Positions 40,101 through 53,700 of a DNA stretch of 64,000 nucleotides are shown here, in pieces (position 1 is the first letter of the stretch; each line of letters starts with the position of its first letter). This DNA comes from Phoronis australis. Its lineage: Eukaryota > Animalia > Phoronida. The stretch covers positions 248,001-312,000 of the forward strand of contig NMRA01000233.1 in the NCBI GenBank assembly GCA_002633005.1, read 5' to 3'. Position numbers and translations under genes: made by a program. The notes below the pieces were generated by a model. That model had not been told where the DNA came from, made no database searches, and saw only the letters and a list, made by a program, of their open reading frames with translations.

Positions 40101-43100
40101 GAATTTTATGGTGTCCATGTCGCGGTCAAAGCTCATTCACTTTTACACACAAAACATCCATTCAAAGCCAACGAGGCCCGGGAAGTGCCGTACTTTGAAC
40201 GGCCAATGCTTCGAAGAGGTTGACGGGACTTCAGTTGCTGATAGCGCCTATAGATGGCAGTATAATCAACATTATATGCATATATATTTTTTGAAATCCA
40301 CAGAGAAAAAGTGGTGACCAAAAAGGGTTGAAAAATGACTAATATTCAACTGAGTGTGTACTTCCACATACTATTATCAGTGGATAAAGCTAATTCGAAG
40401 TTTTTGGTTAAGTCACTGATAATTTTCACACCAGTATAAATGCAACTGTTTATCTTATATGTACCATTTTGATCAGAATGGACGGGTTAGGGCGTTCAGC
40501 TATAAATTAACGCTTGATCCTATGGGAATCAAAGGCATACAGTTTAGAAGTAAGGAAACCAATGCAACTATTTTTGGAATAATCAAGTTTAGAAGTAATC
40601 AAACAAAATGAATTATTTTTACGAAACAATTCAGAGCATACAAAAGGTTTTGCACCAAATATTAATTTGTTTTTAATTAGTGTATTGTGGGTGGTTTCAA
40701 ATTGGAAGGAGTCATCACAAGTTAAGTGTATGAGAATTTTTGTTGCATTGGGAAAAACTAGTCGACTGGTAGTGAGAGATAAGGCGACGTGTAATAAGGG
40801 TAGATTTGACTTGCTTACGAGCGGTGTCCCCTGAGATTGAGCAGATTTTTTCAGAAATATGTTTCGTCTTTCCTTTTTAACTGAACATCTTTGGACTTGT
40901 GGTAATTTTGGGCTACTAAAATCTTGCTTGAGCTTGGAGTGAGACACGCGGAGAGTGTGAAGCGCTGACCTAGTTTATGCAGAGAACCTGGCGAATTTAC
41001 GAATTTCAGGTAATGATTTTTTTCTTTTTTTCCTTAACATAATTTTGCTTATTTCTTGTTTCACACATTTACTATTTTACGACAACATTGTCAGGTGCAC
41101 CAATTGTCCTAGGAAATCCATGAACGGAAGCTGAGGAGGGTTGGTGTTGAACAGGAGAGTGTTCCGTCGAACTAGTTTCTGGCCAGAAAACCAGGATCTC
41201 GCAAACGCACGCGAGTGAAAAGCGAATATTTCGCGCATATACTCAGGAGCTTACTAGCCCAGCAGAGGCTAGAAGGCTCGGTTCTGGGTCATAATTGGTC
41301 AGAAAAATGGCGTCGAATAACTCATCAGCGAAGGTTGGTTCTCCCCACAAGGGCGCATACTGTCCCTTTTCACCATAACTTAAAACATTTCTCCGCTACC
41401 TCCACACGGTGTTATCTCGCAGCACTACTAACTTTATCCGGTCATTATCGATAGTAAATTTCTGGTTGATGATTTTGAGATTTCTAAAGCCGGCACTAAC
41501 ATGAATTTGCTAATCATCAGTACTTGAACTATTTTAAGAATTTTTGAATTGCATTTCCAAGAGACACGAGAACCACTTCTGTTGTTTTTTAATCGCTCTG
41601 GACATATTCTTGAAACATTGATTAATCATTAATTGCGCCAGGTTATTTACAATTCATGTCAAGAGGGACTTTTTCAGAGACAGTCTAGTCATTTTGATTT
41701 GTTGAAAACATTTGGAGAAAGGTTCTGTTTTATTGATGACGTAAGTAACTTTTTAGCTTAATTGTTTGCTATAAATGTGGTCAAACTCACAAATATCGTC
41801 GATGTGGAGAGCAGTGTGTCGGCGCTGGGTAGAAAAAAGCAAAACCATTCGTTTTGAACATGGAAGAGAGCGATCACTTATCAAGTAAACAATTTGTAAA
41901 TTATAACTCGCTGGTGTTGGCGTCAGGTCACTGCTTCTACTGTCAATTACAAACGCTTGTTTCATGCAGATGATTGCTCAGGCTTTTTGTAATCTATCTG
42001 TGGCCCTGGTTGATTAGTGGCTATTTTTCCACGTACATTAATATCTTCAGTCTAGAGAACATTTTCAATGGATTTTTGTTCTTGTAAATAAGTTGGGCTA
42101 CACAGATACAGTAGCAGCACAAGGAAACAAGATTTAATCGCTCGAACGTTGGTTGTGTCACCGCGAGGATAGACCAAAGAACAAAAGGCCTAAAGGAGTT
42201 GTATTGAACAAGACCTGAATACAACACCGCAGAAGGACGTTAGCGGTGACGAAGAAGAATGCAAGTCTATAAGCCTATCGCTCATATTTGTGTGCTCAAT
42301 GCGGTGCTCAAAACTTACTGTCAAAGCCAAATTCACGAGCGTTAGAGTTCAACGAAGGTTTTAAAGACGCAGTCTCGTTAAATTGTGAATATCCAAACGA
42401 AGTACTAATTTTCAAGCAACCGGGGTCCTCTAGTGTGCCATTCGAGAACCAGTTACCATAACAATCTCTCGAAGATCACGTTTTGCGAAACTATTTTTAT
42501 GAAAAAGTAATGGTAATATTTCATCATGGCGGCCATCGGCAACTGAGGTCTGGTTACTCGGACGAAACTTGGCAAATGACAAAACTCGCAAACCCTCAAT
42601 AATAAGACTTTGTTTTTGATCCCTTCCTGTTTTGAAGCTCCTGCAACAAATACGAATAATACAGTATTGTAGCTCTTAATATACATTAGTATTCAAAATG
42701 CAATGAATTCCCATGTGCTGAAGAATGACAACACTGACTTATTGGTATGAAATTAATCAGAGTTGTATCAATAGGTCGTTACTGTGTTACTTCGACACCA
42801 TACATGTTGTCCAACGCGTTAAACAAATGGACAAAAACGGTTTCTTCCTTATTTTGTCCAAAGTTTGACCCGTACGTAATTACCTGCTCTTAAGGAGAGC
42901 TTGAATTAACCAAATACTGCAGTGATCCATCATGTGGTAACCTAATGACTTTCTAAAGCCGCTCTGAGGTGGTGGCGTGTTGAAATTAATATAAAAATGT
43001 CTTGGTCTACTTACACCGACCTCTTGTCATTTAACACTTTCACGACGTTTCGGTCAGTCTATTCTGCGGCCATCGTCAGTTGCTCCTACGTTCTTAGAAG

Positions 43101-44677
43101 AACGAGCACGGATATGTGGTACACTTATCATGGTGTGATTTTTGGTCTAAGGCAGGATTTCAACCCACGACTTCTGAAACTACAGTTATATTCGAGCCCA
43201 GCACCTCATCCACTACACCACGGAGTCATCCATTTACTTAGAGGGAATTGTGTTATACTTAAACCTTCCTAAGTAGACTGAGCCAGGTGACAATTGGCTA
43301 TTTGCTTGGGTGTCTGGCGTCGCGAATGTGTAAAATAGACACGAGGTCGATGTAAATAGACCAAGAGATTTTAATAATAGTTCTGATAACGTAATTGTAA
43401 CAACAACAAAATGTATCGTTACCAAGAGTTTTGTGCTATTTAAAAAGATTCAAGGAAAATGTCTTTGTTTACTCACAAATTGCTTAGTAATGGATTTATG
43501 TCTAATAATACTCCAACGTCACTTGAACTTCAGTATCGTTAGTGTTTGTGTTAGGGGTGTGAAGACACGATTGTTTACATTAACTCCAACTTCTACCTTC
43601 TCCTGGTAACGTTAGAGTATCATTACTAAATGAAACCTGACGTAATATGTTGCGAAAATTAAGCGTGGATCTCATACGTATGAAGAACGTATTGATGTCC
43701 ATTTTTAGTTGCCACTTTGAGTTGCAAAGTGGTCTGAGTCTCATCTGAATGAGTATTGCTCGTTAATGACCTTTTTAAAAAAATGAGATCATGAGTCATG
43801 TATTCTAAAATAAGGATATTTAAAACCATTAGGCAACGGAGCACGCTACATACGTACATAAATATGCCTTAAATGAAAAAGTCGCAAGTCTGCTGACTTG
43901 AACAAAATTTGAAAGAACCCACGACCAAAGCGGCAGTAGTCAATCACGGATCCCGAGCTTTGATCTCTGTGCTCACGATTTGATCATCACTTGAAAACGC
44001 CAGTTCATTGGGTGCACAGAATATGTCCACATTTTAGCCTCTTAGAGAGGAATTCACTAGTTCGGTGATATCAGACGGGGTAGATTCAGTCACGCTTAAA
44101 AGAGAATGTCACCCGATTTAATTAGTTGTCGTTATCGTCTTAATCTGTCTCCATAGGGCCTCGCATACGGTTGACCTTACCTTGCCGAGAGGTATCGCGT
44201 TAACCTGTGAGGAAGCTTAGAAACGACGCAGCGACGTAAGTGGATCATCTGCAGGGTGAATGACGTTACGTTGTGGTGCATCGTTCCCGTTTGTGCGAAC
44301 TATGAAGCTGCGAGAAAAGCGGGTATATCGTTTTTTCGACTTCCTTGAGAGTCCGAAATGCTTAGGAAGTGGCTCGCGGCAGAGACGAATGAAAAGTACG
44401 CTGTTAATAGCAAGTGTGAGGCCGTGAAACATCTCCGTGTCTGTGGCCGGCATTTCAACGGTTAACAGTGTTTCTCTGACGAATGCTGGCTTACCAAAGA
44501 ACTATCCATAAGCTCCGTTGTTTGTACACGTTCACGACGCCTCTAGTATTTCTTGATCAGTGTATTCCGGTTCGAACTTATAGTCTGCGAAACCTAACGA
44601 TCCACCTATGAAGTCTTCGTCGGATGAGCTCTCGTCTAAGTCGAGATTGCGGGAAAGCAGTGTAAATATTACATTAA

Positions 44678-44709
<32 letters not shown>

Positions 44710-47700
44710 AAATTCTTTTTCAAAACGAACTATTCTCACTGTAACCAATGCTTATATAAAACTGAAACAACGTGCCTGATCGGGTTCCGAAAAACTGGCT
44801 GGGAAAACAAGCTATGATCTTTTTTGTATTTCATGTAAGAATGATTCTAATTTATCACCAAACAGAACCAAACTCCCTTGATCGACCATGATAAATTGGC
44901 CTACGGAACTCTGTATGCTACGGAACGTGCAAATACCTACAAATCCGTAACAGTGAAATGAAACAACTCGTTAGTTCAAGAACTCCATGTATTTGTAAGG
45001 ATTTCACATTGAATTTTGATGATTTATTGGTGTAAAACGATGGATTCAAGCGATAGGTTGACACCAGTAAGCGTGTTGTGAAGAGCTGAACAGACTGCGT
45101 TCGAACCTATGACGTAATTGGTTATGTTCAACACTTCCATCTGCCGTCAGGAGTCAGGTGAAACAAGTGAACTTGCTGTTATTGAGTGGAACTACTTGAT
45201 CTAAATTGATATCAAATAGGTTGTTTTTGGGTGGCATTCTCCTTTAAACCTCTTTTGAGAGCCTGTAGCAGATTCCGACAAGCCAATGCTGCGTAGTGGT
45301 AAAGGTATACGCCTGGCACTTTTATATTTGAAAAAAATTGGTGCAAATCCGTGATTGATTTTTCATTTCTTTCCGTAGAAACGGCCTCGGATATCGGAGA
45401 GGACAATCATACATTCAACGCATTGCGAATCGGTGGCAAAGCTAAAAGTCGATCGCCCTCTGTCGGGGCTTCCAGCCAATATGCGTTGAGCTGACATTTA
45501 GAGCGGCAATGACGTATGAAATAAAAACCAAGACCAGTATGTAGCTCATGAAACCGGATTTTGCAATAAATGAGAATTTGGTTCTAATTTTCATCAAGTC
45601 GTAAACTCAGAAGCATATTGTTCATCCTATTTATCCAGCGATTAGTACCCGTAACACCTCCACAGGATGTAATGTGCAGCAAACCATAAAACTGATACAC
45701 TACAAAAAATATTGGAGTTAGTAATACACCGTTAAAAATTATAAACCAACTTCTTATACTCGTAGTTGCCAGATGTAATTTTTGAATCCGATAGTCACCA
45801 GTAAAAACTGAATTTGGAAATAACGAAACTGTCACAATTTTTCAACGGGCACCGAGGAGAGGAACCTTTTGACTACGTTTTGTCTATATGCCGTTGTAAC
45901 AAAATGGAATGCCGGAGATGCAACTGTGGGTGGTCTTTTCACGCAACCAACTCCCTTGACATAAGTCAAATTGTATGTGTGAATTCTTAAGTTATGTGTA
46001 AGAGATCATTTAGTTAAGCCAGGAAATCATATTTTCTTTTGCAGTATCTCAAAATCAGAAATTCACCTCCGGAGACGTATCACAACCGGTGAGTCTGCAT
46101 TTTATGTTTGTTGCAATTGCGCTTACTCGTGTGTCAACTTTTTCGAGAAACCTTACCTTAGCCTTGTTAGTTGTTATCTCATATATGTAATTCCGTCAAA
46201 CAAATTCAGGTTACACAATTATTGATTTTCTGTTTGTAAGTGTTCAGTTGTTCTTGTCTTGTGTGACGTCACAGATAACAAACGCGCTTCTGAAGACAAC
46301 AAGTGCACAGTTACTTTCTGTGGCATTTACTATTTAACAACAACTGATCAATTCTTTGAACTCAAATTAAGTTGAAATGCTTTGATGAATTCGAATATGC
46401 AAAAACAACTCCTGCAGTAATCTTGATTTCTGAAGACTCGATCAGTGTACTTGTGTTCTGTTTGTGACGTCACACCTCAATGTGGCTCTGTGGGTAAAAG
46501 TCTGAAGTTATTTCTCAATTATATCAGATTCAAATTTTTAATGGGTTTCTTTTTTGTTTGTTGAGAAATGATTGCAACGTTTTTGTATACCTCGGTATTT
46601 TCACATTCATCTCAGAATAAGCGGAATGTCTGCAAGCGCTACAGCACTGACCAGCATACGGTGGGTCGGTTGGAGTTTGTCTCTGTTACAGTGTCAGTGA
46701 CGTTCTCGAGGAAATGAACTAATCTCAAAGGATTGACATTGAAAGTCCAACTCTTGTCATTTTTCGTGTATAGCCACAACTAGTAGTGAAGCATGTCAAA
46801 AGAATAGACTTTCCACCGGATAATCTGTTTTTGGTGATGGTTGTCGTAGCTGTATCATTTACACAACGTTAAAGCTGAATTTCGCCCTGTCTAGTTGGCT
46901 AAAAATGAAGATCGAATTTGGCCTTCTATTTTGATAGAATCAATCTCATAATATTGCTTGATAGGATTCTATTTCTGTATTGCAACAAGAACATGAAAAC
47001 CATCACCGACTCGAGTAAGAGTTTAATGCAAATTTCTAAACCCTAAAATTGCGAATTCAAAGATGACGCATGTAAGCGTGCCCGTGACTTGAGATAGTAA
47101 TGGAAACAGATCGGTGTAATGGGTCAGTCTTTGTGGCCTAAACACGCCTGACGTACCGCAAAAGGCATCAGTTTACCTGCACTCTTTTTTAAAGTCCTTA
47201 TCTCAAAGGGCAATCTAGTTCAAAAACTTAAAGATATAGAGCAAATTAAGTAATATGTAATATGGCATAATGTTCACATCCTTTCTATTATTAAACTAAA
47301 AGCCATTTTAGCACAATTTGTACCTCTGAAGAGATCGAAAAATTATCGACTTCTCCCGTCTATTTCCGTGACCGGGGTTCATGTGTGACAGTTCCGGAAC
47401 GATTCATGAATGCCGGTCATGTTGTCCATGAAAACGTATTGACATCACCACGAGCGTAAATGAGTTGTTACTTTGCTTGGTTCTTTTTGATTCCCAGTGT
47501 CGTTCTTTTAATATAAATTTGATTATTTATTTTCTTAATTTTACCTATTCTTTGCATTTGATGAATGGTATTTAATGCATAATCATAAGTTTGTGAAGTA
47601 GACCTACCGTTGTATCTCCTGTAGCCACCGCTCGGCTACTGAGGTCAACTCTGCTCCTCGCGAGGGTTACGTCAAATTTCAGCAACAGTACCCGTTTAGG

Positions 47701-50700
47701 TTATAAATTAGAAGAAAAACTTTATTAATCAACAAATGTCTTATCTTTATCGTTATATCGCGAAACTGATTCAAAGTGCCAGCCTGAAGTGAGCAATTGC
47801 CGTGTCACGGTGACTCCCCGGACGTGTGAGAGCAGTGCGTACATTGACAGCAAATCGGCACCGGTTTCACTGGCCGTTAAAAATGTTGGAAAAATCCACT
47901 TACGAAGATGTTGCAACAAACAAAAACAATTTTATCTCAAAACAGTGAGGTCCACATCTGTGCTTGATTTTGCAGCCCGGACACAATAACTGGCGAAGTA
48001 GTTCCCCTGTTGTTGCCGCCGTGACTGCTCGCTGGGAAAATAATCACTTGCTAAATTGGCTTTGATTTTCAATTATAAGAGAAAATATGTTTTCAAATCT
48101 CACAAAAACTTACAATATATACTTCTGTTGTTTAAATATAACAATTCACCGGGGGGGGGGAAGGGAGTGTACTGAATTTTAGTCATTGAGCTGAATGTCG
48201 GCGTTGAGAAAAATATTGAAGTGTTAGGAGAATGACGCAGTATTAACTCTTTGTCACAGGAATTTCACTCATTCACGGCGCGGGTAGCTAATTAATATTT
48301 TCATCTTGCCCCACGGAGCACAGATGTCCGCGCACGGCAGGCCAGCCGGGCAGGCTCCACCGGGTGGCAGCTTTCTACGAATGTCTCTGGCTAAGTGGAA
48401 GTTATTGCTTTTACTCATCAATACTTATATTATACCATTTGGCACTATGGCAAGTTTTCATCGTGACGGTTATTTCGCCACCAAGTTGTAGTCTGTTGGC
48501 AATCAGCCGCCTGACCGTAGCGATGTCGCTTCGCGGGAGACCACCGCTGATATCTTAATTTCCGTCTTAAATCCCGTAAAACACGCTTAGCCTGGCCCAC
48601 CATAATTATTCAATTGTCGACACAGGACTGTTACTAATTCGTAATTTTATGCAAGTGTATACGGCATATCATATTTGAACCATTTATTCCGATAAAATAG
48701 CCGGGGCCTTCGTCTTTTGTCAGTGCGAGTGGTCCCGATCGGTCCGCACCGCAGGTCCCAGTCCGGCGAAACAATTTCTGTCAAAATTTCTTTTGCTTCA
48801 TTTTGTCAACATTTTCAGTACAAATTGTCCCTACTTTGGTTTTATTTAAGTTAGGGTCCGTTGTCGATTACTTTATCCGCGTTTGCAGGATTATAACAGA
48901 CACTGTTCCAGTCGCACAGCCGACGTACTAAGCCTGGGTTCCTAAATGAATTGTATTTCCGGTTTCGCGGTTAGTTCAAAACGACGGTGTGATCTTCGGG
49001 TCGGAATCGTGGGAGACGCGTTTATTTAAACTTTCTTCGACTACGGACTGCGTATTGGTTATGGGATAGGCACTGCGTGGTCCTTATGATGTCTTCTAAC
49101 AATTCAATAAGGGTTAAAAACGTGTGCTTCTAGGACTTTAATGGAATCCTGTCATTAAGGAAAGTTATGATACTTTTTTCTCTTTTAGTCTGATAAGCAG
49201 GACGAAACGCAACTGAATTGCTAGGCTTTGGAATATACGTGTCCTCATTAACACGAATTTCCTTGCAAAAACAGTCCATTACATTTATTCGGGGGAAACT
49301 TCTTAACTGACTTCATTTTCGCTTATAACGCACGCATCACATTAATACGCTGCTGTACTAAAAGGTGATGAATACAGGGTAGCTGCAGTCACAGTTTTTT
49401 TATATATTTAACGTAGAAAATATATCTGAAACTAAATAAGGCGATCCAGATCCTCCCAAGGATACTATTGTTTCATGAAATGAAGAATATAAATCGGTAA
49501 ATAAAACAACAAGAATGGATCAACTGAAATTTGAAATTTTCGGAGGTAACAACTTCCTTTATCAACAAAAACAAAAATTTCTGTTTTTGTTGATAAAGGA
49601 AGTTGTTACCTCCGAAAATTTCAAATTTCAGTTGATCCATTCTTGTTGTTTTATTTACCGATTTATATATTTGTAATGTGGACCAGTGGTTGATTGGATT
49701 AAAAACCGTCAACATCTCCATGGTCTGCCAACGATGCTGATGATAGTGATGGCGACGGTGTTTTATGTGGTATTAATGAAGCCGTTTTATATGTATTTTC
49801 TTCGCCTTGTTCGGTGTGTGATTTAGCTCTTCAAATGAGCGAAAGACAGTAATAATCGCACCCAATACGTAAGTTGTTGTTTCCACTGTGCAAATATCAA
49901 ACAACCGTAGTTCATTTAATCTCTTTGAATAATGCAACGAGTAAACATCAAACAATCGTTTAATTGTCCACACGAAATAGATGTTAGGGATGACAGTTGA
50001 AGTGTTGTTGAAACTCAATAACAACAATGGATTCGGTGTATTTCGAAACCACAGTGCACAGCGTCTCTTTGTACTTCAAGTTGTAATGCATAACGACGAA
50101 ACAATTCTTCAGCCCAGCTTTGTAGTTTTTGTTCTACACCACAACAAAATGAGCTGAGAATGTATTAATGCGCTAACAATGTCTTTCTAAATTTGGCGTT
50201 AACAATTTTGATAACTATAGCAACTACATTTTACATTCTTTGGCCTTGTCATATCTTGGTGTGAAATCCCATGAAGCGTGTTGGACTCGAGGCCACCGCT
50301 TGGCCCACGTCCCAACTTAATTCGAAACGTTTTTACACTGTTTGTATAGTTGTAGGAGTTTCATTACTAATCAAGCCCCATACTGTTGCAAGTATATTTC
50401 AGTCCCACTTCTCACATAACGCACCCCACGCATGTTTCAACTAACTCATTTGCCCTACAATAAAGATGCTGTGTTGTCTTAATGAGCACGTTTTCACTTC
50501 GAATTACTACGTGCTCAGAGACCGCAGACATGGAGGCCATTGTTTTGGTGCCCTTTGTACAGACGCCGCTAATCTCTTTCTAGACATGTCCACTGCGGTT
50601 TAAGCTGACCTCCCCCGACCACACGGCGTGCTTAAACCCACCAAAGAGGATCCGAGAGGGTGAGTATGCTACCAAAGTTGCCAGCTCAATCGACTGCACG

Positions 50701-53700
50701 CCGAAAACAAACACTCATCTGTTGCTGCCGTAAAACCGCCCCTCTGGTCACATTTCTCTGTTAACCTGTTTGAATGTACAAAGGAAACATTGCATGAGCG
50801 ATGAATTGTGGGAAATCTTCTCACCCATCACAATAGTCCAGGGACATGTTCCGTAGACGCAAGATGTTTCTAAAAAGGCAAGATGGCCCAATTCTTTGCA
50901 AGATATCACCATACATTACTGGCAAAGCACGTAACCACACTACCCTTTTTCGAGTGCCTCACGTCTACGAGGTTTTCATTCGCCAAGCATCAGGATTTGC
51001 ATCATTCGTCATTGCCGACAACGTAAGAAGAACGTAACAAAAAGACCCATGAAGCCATGTTTTTGCCTTGTTCAGATATACTGAAGGCCCAAACCACTCA
51101 TTTTCCCGTGTAGATGGAAAGTTTACACATACTCATGCACTTTTCTATTCTGACTGATGACCACTTCCCTGAAGGTTAATACCTCGTACTGCAGAGAAAT
51201 TCCACAGAAGTGTGTCTTTGGATTGCAATCCACTACGTTGTGTTGAACAGGTGACGAAGTGGTTACCGTATCACGGTTCACCTGCTTAAAGTATTGATGC
51301 CCCCATCATAAATTCAGATTGACTGCATGTTCAAGACGTGGTCACACGTGGTTGAAATCGCAATAGTGCACATATTCTATTGCAACTACTTTGGCGTTTA
51401 ATTTGCGTCGCATCAAGTGAATTTTCAAGGCAGAAATTTTCCGTCATATCTACTGCATTAGCATCACTTGTTTATTTTCCGACTAAGAAGTTAGTTTAGT
51501 TTTTGTTGCCTGGTCCTGCATATAACCTCTTGCGCCCCCATTGAATCTGCAAATGTGGCTTACTTGGCTGTCCGGTTTTGAATTCGTGACGCATGACCAT
51601 CTGAATGTCTGCAGCAGTCAGTTTTAGCAGTATCGATTTCCAAACGACTCCTGATAATCAGGTATCCTTGTGACTTCTTACATTCTGTACCAAGCATGAA
51701 AGTACATTGGCGAGTGGATATTTGAGCCATTGATTAAAAGGTTCACAGGGCGTCTGCTGAAGAGATCGTCATCTATGACGTCATTAGTTCTTTGATAGCA
51801 CAATCGGAGCTAGAGACTTCGCCTCAACGCGTTTTTTAGATGTCTTTGAATTGAAAACTTAAACCGGCTCACTGGTACTGAATTTGCTTCGTGACCTATG
51901 TAATTTATGCGATTGAAAGAAGGTCTTTTCATGCCCACTTAAGTAATAATCCGTGTACTTTCAGGAACATCCTTTAATCCATAAGCACGATTGTCCTTCA
52001 GCACTAATAGAGAATGCTTGACGTAGGACATTAAGATCTAATGAATAAAAAAGTAAACTGTGTAAGCAAGTCAAACTTGGCAAGTACATTGTACAAGGTA
52101 CCTTTAAAGAATCGGGTGTCCCTGGCCCAATCTGAGGTAAAGAAGTAATATCTGATAAATTGACTTTGGTTCACGAGCCCGATAAAAGAGCGCTTTTGTG
52201 GATCTGTGATTTGGAAATGACTTACCCTACCTTTGCGGCATTATCACTTCAATGTAGGACTGGGAACGAAAAAGGAAATTGTTAAACGCAACGTGATCTT
52301 GAGTAAAACTAGGTCTACGAGCAAACGTAAATCTTTGCCCTTTTGCATATCACGTAGCATGCTCACTTCTTTAAAATGCATTGTTTCTTTTGGTGTCTAG
52401 GATTAAACGAAAGCTCCAAATATTTGATTGTCAACATGCACAACCATTACAGAGGAAACGTGGAAAAGTATAGCGGACAGCCACCGGCAGCAAATATGGA
52501 GAAGATAGTGAGTGGAGCATTCTCATAATGTGTTTGGAAGTAACTGGGAGAACGAGTTTTCAATTCCCTGTGGTTTATACACTGATGAACTGTGGGTAAT
52601 AATCGTCCAACCTTGCATTCTACACAGAAGAGAATGCCATTTGTTACTCATTTCACTTTATTCCTATAACATACATAACACGCGTTTCTCATTCTACGCC
52701 ATTCACTGGGGTTCTTTGTTGCTTCAAATTCTTTATACGAAATTCGCAAACGAAAGGGCCTTGTCGACACCATAAGACGCTAATTTAGCCTTTGAGCACC
52801 ATATTCTTGTACAATACCAGGCAAACAAACAACAGCAACTTGTACACACGTTTCTCATGCCCTGTACGTTACGTAGTTGTTTTGACCGCTAGGCTGTAAA
52901 TAAAACAACATTCTTTTCGTTTTAATACTAACTCAAATGTTGCTCAAGTTGTGTCTCTATTGTTGCATATTTCCCGCAGAGGTCGATTACACCTCGTGAA
53001 CCCATTGGCTGAAGTTTGACGAGCCATCTATCTCCATGTGTACAACATATGATCCGAATCTTTGATGAGGTTTGCAGATTTAAGTGGTCAAAATTATCGT
53101 GTGTATAATCAGAAGCCCGATTCACTAATACAGTTATAATGCGTTTTTGCGCATGTTTAAACGTCAATTCACTACCCATTCCTAAGAGACAACTATCATC
53201 TTGTCAGGAGTTAAACTACCCCTCCGCCCTCCTCGTAGCCAAATGGTCAACAGTTTTAAAAAATATTCCGACGCTGTAGTTCGACTTTCACAATTTCATG
53301 TCTCACACATCAGTTTGAAATGGGCCCCAATATTCGATTGAGAGTAGCTAGCACCTGAAAACAGGCGAAGTGTATTGTCGGTGCGTTTTGTTGTCGTAAC
53401 TGAAACAACCTCTTTCAGTGTTGAATTTGAGACCACTGGTGTTTGTTTTTTTAGGTTTGGGACGACGAGTTGGCGGAACTGGCGCAGAAATGGGCGAGTA
53501 ACTGTATTTGGAGGCACGAAGAAGCATTCAATAGGAACATCCCAGGTACCTGGTTAAAGTCATTGTATAAGCCTGCTTCTCAAATACATGACGTGTGACA
53601 TACACAAGCTCATGTAATGGAAGACGAAGAACTCGATAGATTATTGTCAAGTTCACTGAAGTCTGGGGCTACTATTTTGTTGCGGTTTTGTATATTTCAG

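Noticed and set aside
43144-43227. Functional tRNA gene
   Set aside because: Acceptor and anticodon stems do not pair well and the B box is degenerate; treated as a SINE head.
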